DNA from: an uncultured Bacilli bacterium
GTDB taxonomy: Bacteria; Bacillota_I; Bacilli_A; RF39; UBA660
DNA: 64,000 nucleotides
Reading direction: 5' to 3'
Assembly (NCBI GenBank): GCA_934155645.1
Contig: CAKPHC010000001.1
Span: forward strand, 31,015 to 95,014
Shown here: in pieces, positions 37,723-46,080 of the stretch
Position numbering within the stretch: the first letter of the stretch is position 1
Layout: each line of letters opens with the position of its first letter
Made by a program: the position numbers and the translations under genes
The notes under the pieces: generated by a model
The model's input: the letters and a program-made list of their open reading frames with translations, nothing else
Databases searched by the model: none
Told to the model about the DNA's origin: nothing

Positions 37723-39372
37723 TTAGTTAACTTTCATAACATACGGATTATTAAGAGTTCCGTTTCCTCCATCAATGATTTCTGCAGTAGATTTCAGATT
37801 GATGACCGGGCGCACGCCATCGTCATCGACGACGCCGACGATGTCAAGTCTATCAGCAGGACCGACATTCCACACGCTAGCGTTAGAGCCAGAGCGTAAG
37901 GGCGACATTGTCCAATAATGAGAATCAGTATACAAGTAATATTCAGTATTTTCGTTATAAGCTACCCCACCTGCATATGCTACTTCATCTGCTGTTATTA
38001 AGCCAATTGGATAAGTTAGTGCTTTATTTCCTTTTGTTGAAGTTGCTGTTGTATATAAATCATTACTTTGTGGACATTTAAATTGTGGTGTTTTATTTAA
38101 ATCAAGTCTATAATAAGCACCGTAAATAGTAATACCATCACCAATGTCAAAACCACTTCTATCTCCACAAAATCCTATATCTACTAAATATGATGAATAA
38201 GTACTTAAATTTGCACTATACCATGTATCTATTGTTGTTTTTATTGCACTTGAATTGGTATTTTTATGAGTTTCAGCATATGTCGATGCACCTGTTGTTC
38301 CATACATATACCCTACATATGTAGCATCATTAGAGTTAGTATTAAACGCACTATTACCTATTGAATCTTGTTTGATTAATCTTATACTTCCATCTTCATT
38401 TATTCTTACTATTCGCCACAAAATTTCTTTTTTTCCCCATGTAGCGTATTCATTTGTATATGTTGTGCCTTCAAATTGAGAACACTTTTCACCATTTACA
38501 TCTCCTGAAATAATTGCACCTACACCATTTCTAGCAAGACAAACCTTTGATTCCTTACATTGACTCTCATTTGTCGTTGGATATTCACCTGCACCATTAA
38601 CATAGACAACCTCATTTCCATTATAAGTACATACATTTACTTTTCCAAATGATACATAGTTATTCTCCACTGCTCCTCTAAAGTAATATGTTGTTTTATT
38701 ATCTTCGGTATTTGTACTTGTATAATATAGTCCTTTTCCATTTGTATCACTACTTATTTGTGAAAAATCTATATTTGTATCAGGCTGTGCTGTATTATCT
38801 TTTAATATTGCTGCTGATAATCTTGTTGTTTTTATTATAGGGTTTTCTGGTGTCACGGTTTCGCTCATATCTTGTACATAATTAATATCAATGGTTAAAG
38901 TATTATCTGTTAAGGCTGGTTGAGTTGTTACATTAGAATCATAACTAATTGTTACGTTAAATGTAGAGGTTTGAGATTTTGCTAATTTGTCTCCTTTTTT
39001 TATTCCGGTTATTTCAAATTTAATAGCATCACTTCCAGTTTCACTTGCTGTTATATCATTTATTATTGCATCTAATGTTCCTTGATTTGCTACTGTTATT
39101 TTGTAGATTATCTTGTCACCTGGACTTTTTAAATCTACATTAAATGTTGCATTTGTTCCTTCTGCTGTTGGTACTTTGGTAATAGTTACTCCACTTGTTT
39201 TAGATACTTCTTCTATTTTAGTAAATAGTACTTTCCAAGTTGATGTAATATTTGCTGTACCATTAATAGTTAAGTTTGTTGCAAACGCTGCATACCCTAT
39301 TGCCATTACACATATTAAACAGCACATCGTTATCATAATTATTTTCTTACTCTTCATATACTTCTCTTCCAT
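37723..39372 (-). CDS. Surface protein with a TasA/camelysin (SipW-cognate) like N-terminal domain and a DUF6273-like C-terminus
   Basis: Leader KKIIMITMCCLICVMAIGYAAFATNLTINGTA. The ATFNVDLKSPGDKIIYKITVANQGTLDA motif resembles TasA/CalY. C-terminal YWTMSP...VWNV...GVRPVINL. RBS GGAGAGAG. Confidence 0.55.
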   Translation of the reverse strand: MEEKYMKSKKIIMITMCCLICVMAIGYAAFATNLTINGTANITSTWKVLFTKIEEVSKTSGVTITKVPTAEGTNATFNVDLKSPGDKIIYKITVANQGTLDAIINDITASETGSDAIKFEITGIKKGDKLAKSQTSTFNVTISYDSNVTTQPALTDNTLTIDINYVQDMSETVTPENPIIKTTRLSAAILKDNTAQPDTNIDFSQISSDTNGKGLYYTSTNTEDNKTTYYFRGAVENNYVSFGKVNVCTYNGNEVVYVNGAGEYPTTNESQCKESKVCLARNGVGAIISGDVNGEKCSQFEGTTYTNEYATWGKKEILWRIVRINEDGSIRLIKQDSIGNSAFNTNSNDATYVGYMYGTTGASTYAETHKNTNSSAIKTTIDTWYSANLSTYSSYLVDIGFCGDRSGFDIGDGITIYGAYYRLDLNKTPQFKCPQSNDLYTTATSTKGNKALTYPIGLITADEVAYAGGVAYNENTEYYLYTDSHYWTMSPLRSGSNASVWNVGPADRLDIVGVVDDDGVRPVINLKSTAEIIDGGNGTLNNPYVMKVN

Positions 39373-39404
39373 TTCTCTCTCCGTATTTTATTTTATCTAT
39401 ACTC

Positions 39405-39436
39405 ATTATACCCCCCCCCCCCTAGGAGTTTTGCAA
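39405..39436 (-). promoter_or_regulatory. Promoter with a G12 homopolymer in the -35/-10 spacer (TTGCAA, 20 nt, TATAAT), a candidate phase-variation switch
   Basis: The plus strand has 12 consecutive C at 39411-39422. On the minus strand this reads TTGCAAAACTCCTAG(G12)TATAAT, about 30 nt upstream of the RBS and ATG. Confidence 0.6.
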
Positions 39437-39498
39437 GTGAAATGTTATCATTTTTTAGACCGTTAATGTAAAGGTATAAATTTCCTAAATTTTAGCAA

Positions 39499-39523
39499 TT
39501 AAAAAAGCAACTTTCGTTGCCTT
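39499..39523 (-). terminator. Intrinsic terminator after the LemA gene
   Basis: GGCAAC-GAAA-GTTGC followed by TTTTTT on the minus strand. Confidence 0.5.
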
Positions 39524-39530
39524 ATGTTTA

Positions 39531-40070
39531 CTATAACTTTACTTTAACATTTTGTTTTTCTTTTTCTTCTACTTTAAATAAGTCTTGTTTTTCAAAGCCA
39601 AATATCTTAGCTACAATATTAGATGGTACAGATTCAACTAAATTATTAAATCTAGTTACACAACTATTATAATCAAGTCTTGCATTATTAATACTATTTT
39701 CAACTTCAATTAAACTGTTTTGTAAACTTAAGAACTGTTCATTAGCTTTTAATTCAGGATAAGCTTCCGCTAGTGCCATAACAGGGCCAAATTTCTTATT
39801 AATCTTTTCTGCCTCTTCTACACTGAAACCATTATCATTATAACTATTTCTTAGTTTGACTAATTCTTCCAAAGTACTCTTTTCATGCTTTGCATATCCT
39901 TTTACACACTCGATTATATTAGGTAGTAAATCAAATCTTCTTTTTAACAAAACATCTATTGCTGACGCTGACTCTTTTACTGAATTATTAACTCTTATAA
40001 AACTATTGTAACCAGCAATCATTACAACCATTAAAATTATTACAATCACTAAACATATATTAATTATCAT
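39531..40070 (-). CDS. LemA family protein
   Basis: An N-terminal transmembrane segment followed by GYNSFIRVNNSVKESASAIDVLLKRRFDLLPN. Confidence 0.7.
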   Translation of the reverse strand: MIINICLVIVIILMVVMIAGYNSFIRVNNSVKESASAIDVLLKRRFDLLPNIIECVKGYAKHEKSTLEELVKLRNSYNDNGFSVEEAEKINKKFGPVMALAEAYPELKANEQFLSLQNSLIEVENSINNARLDYNSCVTRFNNLVESVPSNIVAKIFGFEKQDLFKVEEKEKQNVKVKL

Positions 40071-40082
40071 TATACTTTCCCC

Positions 40083-40577
40083 TTACTGCTCCTTAATAAT
40101 CATTTTATTTATATAGCCATCTGCACCATATTCAAATGATACTTCATAATTAACTAAATCAAACCCTTCAAAATCTTTTAAAAGTGCTTTTATTTTAACT
40201 ATTTCTTGAGAAGAAGTACCATAAGAAGTATCGTTATAAAAAACTTCTATCAAGTGTTTATTATTTGTTTTATTATTAGTCACAACATCATCCAAAGTCC
40301 AAGAAACACTTGCTTTAGATGAAGTACCAGCGCTACTTTCATACTTGTAATTAAAGGTTTCTTTTTCGGCTTCTTTTTTTAATTCTTCTTGTTCTTTTTC
40401 TATTTTCTCTTTTTGTTTCCTTATTTCTTCTTTAATTGCTTCTTTTTCTTTTCTTTCTGCTTCTTTTTTCATTTTAACATCATTACCAATTCTTAGTGCT
40501 AAAGTTACAGTAGCTGCTATAAGTATTACAATAAAAATATATAATACATATTTTCTCTTTATAGTATTGTTTTTCAT
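40083..40577 (-). CDS. Membrane-anchored protein with a Lys/Glu-rich coiled region (hypothetical)
   Basis: 164-aa ORF. Confidence 0.4.
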   Translation of the reverse strand: MKNNTIKRKYVLYIFIVILIAATVTLALRIGNDVKMKKEAERKEKEAIKEEIRKQKEKIEKEQEELKKEAEKETFNYKYESSAGTSSKASVSWTLDDVVTNNKTNNKHLIEVFYNDTSYGTSSQEIVKIKALLKDFEGFDLVNYEVSFEYGADGYINKMIIKEQ

Positions 40578-40635
40578 ATTAACTCCTTTTCCTATACTCT
40601 ATTATTATCTTATCATAATAAAATAAAAAAATGAA

Positions 40636-42861
40636 CTAATTATTATTTTTTAGTTCATTATATAAAATACAAATTAATACTGGTAATGTAAATACACACG
40701 GTAATACATATCTAAAATAAGTATTAGCAGGACTTACTACACATACTAAGATAAACGTTAATGAAGGTAATAACGTAACTATATACTTCTTCATTTTATT
40801 AACTATTAGCATTCCTATTAATAAAATATGAATCCATACTACCATACCAATATTAGCAATAGTACCTATTACTGGAATATAAGGAAAAGCTTCAGCAATA
40901 CCTTTTAATCCAACTCTTAAATAAGATAAACTATTATAATGATAATCAAAACCTGCTTCAGGTAGTTTATGATTTAAATCAGTATATACATACCATGCAC
41001 TTGTATTAGGATAAAAATATCCATACGTATTATTTATAGTAGCATCAATATATACTACTGGTCTTTTAAATAAATACTTAAACCAAACCCGAAAATATTC
41101 CATTAATTCTTCATTAGTTGTATATTTGTTAAACTTATTCTTAACTGGGTCAGATAAATCAGTACGATATCGTTCACCTAAATCATCATATCCTAAGACT
41201 TTATCAATTACCTTTTTATCTTCATTACTAATTTCATCATCATAATACTTAGCTAATCTTGCAGTTTGTTGAAAAGGTACTGATAAAACTTCTCTAATAC
41301 TTGTATTAGCAATCTCATAATGAGGTAATAATACTTTATTATATTCAATATACATACCTATATTAAATACAAGTATTAAAAGAACTGGTACCCTTAATTC
41401 TTTCTTTAAAATACATATAAAAGGTAACGATAATACTATTGTATAAATTCCATTATTTCTAAATAAAATAATTAGCAATATCAAAACAGCAAATTCTATA
41501 TATTTTTTAGTACTCCATTTAAACTTTACCATGTCATACAACATAATCACATAAAGAAATACAAGTGATGAAAATATAACATCTTTTACTGCTGTCATGG
41601 CATATAAAGGAAATAAAGGAACTAAAGAATAAATACCTAAAACAATAAAAATTAATGTCTTATTTACTTTAATCTTTTTTAAATAATATACTGAATAAGC
41701 AAAAATACTTATAACAATACTTAACTGTACTATAGAATATAAAAACATTCCAAAGTTAACATTACCTATTAAATAACCAAACTTAAACAAACCACCTAAT
41801 AATAAAGTATGAATAAGTGGATTAAAATTAGTAAGAGTTACATTAGGATTTAATAATACTACACTATCCATATATCTAGTGTGCATACCAAGAACTTCTT
41901 TTATTTGATTAGCAGCATCATAATTGATAATTACTGGATAAAATGCAATTATATATGGTAAATAACACAATAAAATAACTACAAAACTAAATACAAATGG
42001 ATGTTTATCAAACAAATCAAATATTTTAGGTAACTTAGTATTACTTATTTTCTTTTTTTTTACTACATCATCAAACAAATGAATACAAGTATTAAACAAG
42101 TAATAATATCCAATAAACTTTAATATTGAGAAAATAATTAAAGTAATATTTCCTGTTACTAAAGATGCATTATGTACTACATCATAACTATATCCAAATA
42201 CCATTAATAAACTAAAAATTATTGAAATGATAGAATACGTTAATTTATTTTCAAATTTAAATAAATATTTTTTATAAAAATATATTAATAAACTTGCTAA
42301 TACAACATAAGTAATTATCATAGTGTTACTACGTGTAAATTTAAGTTTAGATGTTACTTGAAATAAAAGACTGAAAGTTGTGATTATTCCAAGTACAACA
42401 CTAATTAAATTAATGTGTTTACTCCACTCTATTTTTTTTACTTTATCATTAAAAATAAATTTTTTTTGAACAAAATAGTTAACCATAAATAGTACTATTT
42501 CGATTGGAATTTTAATAATAGTTTCATATATCTTAGTTGCATCATAAATTAAGCTTACTAACGTAGCAGATACAAACATTTGAATTACTACTAATAAATA
42601 ATATTTAACAAGTGTGGTAGCATCCATAACTTTTTCATTTTTCTTAAATACACTATTTCTATTTAATAAATAATTAATTAATGAAGAAATAATTCTAGCT
42701 AAAACGGTAGCAATTAAGATATGGCTACTTACCTTATTACCTTTTAATAAAACAGAAAATACCGTAAATAATGATAAATCTAATGCAAATGATATTCCTG
42801 CTGACACAATGTATTTTATAAATACACTATATTTTTTTATGAGTTCTAATATTTTATTCAT
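40636..42861 (-). CDS. Large polytopic membrane protein with an N-terminal GtrA-like domain (candidate surface-polymer glycosyltransferase, GtrC-like)
   Basis: 741 aa. The GtrA-type four-transmembrane N-terminus is followed by more than ten transmembrane helices. It is adjacent to a GT2 gene and a DUF2304-like gene. Confidence 0.5.
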   Translation of the reverse strand: MNKILELIKKYSVFIKYIVSAGISFALDLSLFTVFSVLLKGNKVSSHILIATVLARIISSLINYLLNRNSVFKKNEKVMDATTLVKYYLLVVIQMFVSATLVSLIYDATKIYETIIKIPIEIVLFMVNYFVQKKFIFNDKVKKIEWSKHINLISVVLGIITTFSLLFQVTSKLKFTRSNTMIITYVVLASLLIYFYKKYLFKFENKLTYSIISIIFSLLMVFGYSYDVVHNASLVTGNITLIIFSILKFIGYYYLFNTCIHLFDDVVKKKKISNTKLPKIFDLFDKHPFVFSFVVILLCYLPYIIAFYPVIINYDAANQIKEVLGMHTRYMDSVVLLNPNVTLTNFNPLIHTLLLGGLFKFGYLIGNVNFGMFLYSIVQLSIVISIFAYSVYYLKKIKVNKTLIFIVLGIYSLVPLFPLYAMTAVKDVIFSSLVFLYVIMLYDMVKFKWSTKKYIEFAVLILLIILFRNNGIYTIVLSLPFICILKKELRVPVLLILVFNIGMYIEYNKVLLPHYEIANTSIREVLSVPFQQTARLAKYYDDEISNEDKKVIDKVLGYDDLGERYRTDLSDPVKNKFNKYTTNEELMEYFRVWFKYLFKRPVVYIDATINNTYGYFYPNTSAWYVYTDLNHKLPEAGFDYHYNSLSYLRVGLKGIAEAFPYIPVIGTIANIGMVVWIHILLIGMLIVNKMKKYIVTLLPSLTFILVCVVSPANTYFRYVLPCVFTLPVLICILYNELKNNN

Positions 42862-42862
42862 A

Positions 42863-43237
42863 CTACTTTTTTCCTTGATGTTTTAATATTGCAACTTCTT
42901 GTGCTAAAGAAGCTATTTTAGTTTTTTGGTCTGATACTATTTCAGTTAATACAAAAGTAATAAATAGTAATAATCCAAATCCTAAGTAAAAAATAAAGTT
43001 AGATACAGTTTTAATTCCGACTGCATTACAAACTAATTGTAAAACATCAGGTATTAAAACAGCAATGATCATTGATAAACTAAATAATAACCAAAGTAAA
43101 GCATACTTAATCATTAATTTTCTTTTTACAACGTTATGCCATACATAAATGACAAATAATATTGCAATTATTATAAGAATTGCTACTAATCTTGCTGGCA
43201 TATTAATCATTTCCTTTCTTAACTGATGTTGCTGCAA
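42863..43237 (-). CDS. Small membrane protein (DUF2304-like)
   Basis: 124 aa with three transmembrane segments, between the GT2 gene and the GtrA-domain gene. Confidence 0.4.
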   Translation of the reverse strand: MQQHQLRKEMINMPARLVAILIIIAILFVIYVWHNVVKRKLMIKYALLWLLFSLSMIIAVLIPDVLQLVCNAVGIKTVSNFIFYLGFGLLLFITFVLTEIVSDQKTKIASLAQEVAILKHQGKK

Positions 43238-43916
43238 TAATAATTGCTAAACTAACTTTAATCATATAATAAACCGATTTTATAGGATTAATTGAACTCT
43301 TACCATTTTCTCTTTTATTCATTTTAACAGGTATTTCACTTACGTTATACCCTTTCTTTATTACCGTTACAATAGTATCCGGCTCTGGATAATCTATTGG
43401 ATAATTATTAGCAAATAATTTAATAACATTTTTATTTATAGCTCTAAATCCACTAGTAGGGTCATATATTTTTTTACCTGTTACAAATTCTATTAACCAA
43501 GATAAGAAATTAATTCCTATTCTTCTTAATTTAGTAGATTTAAAAGTACTAAGTTCACTTACAAATCTTGAGCCTATTACTATATCGTTACCTTTTTTGA
43601 TTTCATCAATTAAATCTTTTAAATAAGCTGCATCATGTTGTCCATCGCCATCAAACTGTATAGCAATATCATAATTATTATAATAAGCATATTTATAACC
43701 AGTTTGAACAGCACCTCCTATTCCTAAATTAAAAGGTAAATCTATAAAATTAATTTTATTATCTATTAAAACTTGTTTTGTATTATCACGTGAACAGTCA
43801 TTAATGACAACATAATCTAAAGTAACCCCTTTTATTTTAGTATTCATAATATTATTAACTGTTTTTAAAATGTTTTTTTCTTCGTTGTATGCTGGAATAA
43901 CTACTAATACTTTCAT
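43203..43916 (-). CDS. Family 2 glycosyltransferase (GtrB/polyprenyl-phosphate sugar transferase-like)
   Basis: VIPAYNEE...DCSRD...QFDGDGQHD motifs. Confidence 0.7.
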   Translation of the reverse strand: MKVLVVIPAYNEEKNILKTVNNIMNTKIKGVTLDYVVINDCSRDNTKQVLIDNKINFIDLPFNLGIGGAVQTGYKYAYYNNYDIAIQFDGDGQHDAAYLKDLIDEIKKGNDIVIGSRFVSELSTFKSTKLRRIGINFLSWLIEFVTGKKIYDPTSGFRAINKNVIKLFANNYPIDYPEPDTIVTVIKKGYNVSEIPVKMNKRENGKSSINPIKSVYYMIKVSLAIIIAATSVKKGND

Positions 43917-44001
43917 AATACCTCACTTCTTTTCAAAATTATTCTATCACACCAATAGAAAAAAGCAATATCTTAACTACTTCCTTGACATAAACCTAAT
44001 T

Positions 44002-44364
44002 CTATTTATTTACTTCTTTATTAATCCATTTCATAATAACACTTACAATATATTCTTGCTCATTTTTAGTTAAATTATGATTTGGCTCTATATGATGCCA
44101 CTTATATAGACAACCTCTACAACAAGTAGCAGTAGCGTGTTGAGCAATAAATACAGGGTGTCCACGCATAGGAGTTTGCTTCCCATCATTAGGTAAATTA
44201 CATGGTGCTAATCTTTTAGAAACAAAGTCTTCTGCATGACTTTTTATTTTATCAATGCCCTTTTCTTTTACATATAAAATATCTTTCTCTTTAAGTTTAA
44301 ATCCACTTCTAAATTTAGATTTTGATAGTTTTTCAAATAAGTTATCTATATTACTGTTTATCAC
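44002..44364 (-). CDS. DUF4186 family protein
   Basis: HPVFIAQHATATCCRGCLYKWHHI motif. The start was moved to an internal GTG after a GGTGA RBS. The AT-rich N-terminal extension in the ORF track is probably intergenic. Confidence 0.5.
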   Translation of the reverse strand: MINSNIDNLFEKLSKSKFRSGFKLKEKDILYVKEKGIDKIKSHAEDFVSKRLAPCNLPNDGKQTPMRGHPVFIAQHATATCCRGCLYKWHHIEPNHNLTKNEQEYIVSVIMKWINKEVNK

Positions 44365-44409
44365 TATAATCACCAAAATATATATATCAAAATAAGTATA
44401 AAATTTCAA

Positions 44410-44621
44410 TTAAAAACCCACATTACGTGGGTTTATAGTAATCAGTAGTCTCCCAGTCCTACATGTATTCTTTCGGTACAACCTACTCAGACTCGTACAA
44501 CAACGAGTGTTAGCGAAAGAAGAAAATTTTCGCCCTTAATTACTCAACTATTATTATATGGTCACCAGTCATCGTTTTTTGTCGATACTAGTAACTAATA
44601 AAATTGAAATTGATTTCTCCA
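44410..44621 (-). ncRNA. Candidate structured small RNA of about 210 nt (identity unknown, 6S-like size)
   Basis: Bounded by a consensus promoter (TTGACA, 17 nt, TATAAT at 44629-44657) and an intrinsic terminator (AAACCCACGTAATGTGGGTTTTT at 44410-44432). Internal hairpins include ACTCGT-TGTTGT-ACGAGT. The only ORF is a 17-aa reading frame. Confidence 0.35.
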
Positions 44622-44628
44622 TCTCAAT

Positions 44629-44657
44629 TAGTAATGCGTATTATACTACAAATTTTA
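44629..44657 (-). promoter_or_regulatory. Consensus sigma-A promoter (TTGACA, 17 nt, TATAAT)
   Basis: The minus strand reads TTGACAGTTTGTAAAATTTGTAGTATAAT. Confidence 0.55.
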
Positions 44658-44805
44658 CAAACTGTCAACAATACACATTACACATTTAGTATATAGTATA
44701 TAAATAGATTTTTCAATCAATTGTTAAATTAATTTAACTCTATTTACATTACTTATCACACATTTATAATAAAAAAGCATCGATTTCTCAATGCTAAATT
44801 CAATA

Positions 44806-44881
44806 TGGTGGAGCATAGCGGGATCGAACCGCTGACCTCCACGGTGCAAACGTGGCGCTCTCCCAGCTGAGCTAATGCCCC
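44806..44881 (-). tRNA. tRNA-Ala (anticodon TGC)
   Basis: The reverse complement reads GGGGCATTAGCTCAGCTGGGAGAGCGCCACGTTTGCACCGTGGAGGTCAGCGGTTCGATCCCGCTATGCTCCACCA. A downstream hairpin terminator lies at about 44765-44790. Confidence 0.9.
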
Positions 44882-44947
44882 ATACGAGTTGTAATTCAAC
44901 TCAGTGATAACATCATAACACTTAGAATATTAAGTTGTCAATACATT

Positions 44948-45457
44948 TTAATCTAAAATAATAAAATCTTTATCTTTATGAGGCTCTTCAAACAACAAAT
45001 CACGATAATTTTGCTGTCTTAAAGCTTCATATACTACTATTGCAACACAATTAGATAGATTTAATGCCCTAACATTACTTGTCATCGGAATACGCATACA
45101 TCTATCTAAATCATGTCTTAATATTCCTTTTGGAATACCAGTTGATTCTTTACCAAATATTAAGTAAATATTCTCATCCTTGTTAGAATAATCAAAACTA
45201 GTATGAGGTTTATGACCATATCTAGTAAAATAATAATACGTTCCTTTATTCTTACTTGCAAAATCATCAAAATTCTTATAAACAGTATAATCTAATTTAT
45301 CTATATAATTAACACCACTTCTTATTAAATGCTTTTCATCAAGTGAAAAACCAAGTGGTTCAATCAAATGTAATTTGGTACCAGTAGCAACACAAGTACG
45401 CATAATATTACCAGTATTGCCAGGTATTTCTGGTTCATATAATACAACATTTAACAT
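44948..45457 (-). CDS. trmL: tRNA (cytidine/uridine-2'-O)-methyltransferase TrmL (SpoU family)
   Basis: MLNVVLYEPEIPGNTGNIMRTC motif and SPOUT-fold motifs. Confidence 0.8.
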   Translation of the reverse strand: MLNVVLYEPEIPGNTGNIMRTCVATGTKLHLIEPLGFSLDEKHLIRSGVNYIDKLDYTVYKNFDDFASKNKGTYYYFTRYGHKPHTSFDYSNKDENIYLIFGKESTGIPKGILRHDLDRCMRIPMTSNVRALNLSNCVAIVVYEALRQQNYRDLLFEEPHKDKDFIILD

Positions 45458-45460
45458 TTT

Positions 45461-46000
45461 TTAATCACCTTGTACTTCGTATTCATCTAATATTTGTTCA
45501 ATATCACTTATTAATAAATTACTGTTTGCAGTTCTACTCTTAAAATCTATTACTTTACCATCTTCAAATAACATTATAGCAGGATAAGAATATATCTTAT
45601 TACCAGTAACATATTTATCATTTAATTCTTTTAATAATAATTCTTTATCTTGAACATCTGTAATATTAAAGTATACAATTTTATCTTTTAAATGCCTTGT
45701 TTGGATTATTTTCTTTAAATCAAGTTCTAGATTTCTACAATCTTCATTATCAGCAACACCCATATAAATAATTACTGATTGATTATCATTTATATAATTA
45801 TGAACTTCATTATATCTAACTTCACTAATAACTCCTTTTAAAACTGGAATAGTTTTAGCATAATCTTGATATGACATATACCAACTTCTTAAGAAAAACG
45901 CTAAAGCAATTGAAATAACAAATATTATTCCTACAATAACATAATTCTTCTTAGGAATTACTTTTTTCTCTTCTTTAATTATCTTCTTACTCTTAACCAT
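45461..46000 (-). CDS. Membrane-anchored thioredoxin-fold protein without a CxxC motif (hypothetical)
   Basis: The start was moved to MVKSKKII. It has one transmembrane segment and a thioredoxin-like YPAIMLFEDGK motif. Confidence 0.4.
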   Translation of the reverse strand: MVKSKKIIKEEKKVIPKKNYVIVGIIFVISIALAFFLRSWYMSYQDYAKTIPVLKGVISEVRYNEVHNYINDNQSVIIYMGVADNEDCRNLELDLKKIIQTRHLKDKIVYFNITDVQDKELLLKELNDKYVTGNKIYSYPAIMLFEDGKVIDFKSRTANSNLLISDIEQILDEYEVQGD

Positions 46001-46080
46001 ATAATCATATCCTTTCACATATATTAGTATAACAAAAAAATGATGAAAAAACAAATTAGTTTTCATCATTTTAATTTATA

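Noticed and set aside
37459-37925. Diversity-generating retroelement (template repeat and variable repeat) explanation for the duplicated GC-rich C-terminal segments. The downstream copy is rich in AAC/AAT codons, as a DGR template repeat would be.
   Set aside because: The two copies differ in length (there are indels). Many mismatches are not at adenines of the putative template. No reverse transcriptase or accessory gene is present anywhere in the window.
44002-44409. The ORF-track N-terminus of the DUF4186 protein (MKFYTYFDIYILVIIVINSN).
   Set aside because: It is translated from AT-rich promoter-like DNA. An internal GTG with a GGTGA RBS gives a sensible start. The extension overlaps the ncRNA terminator hairpin.
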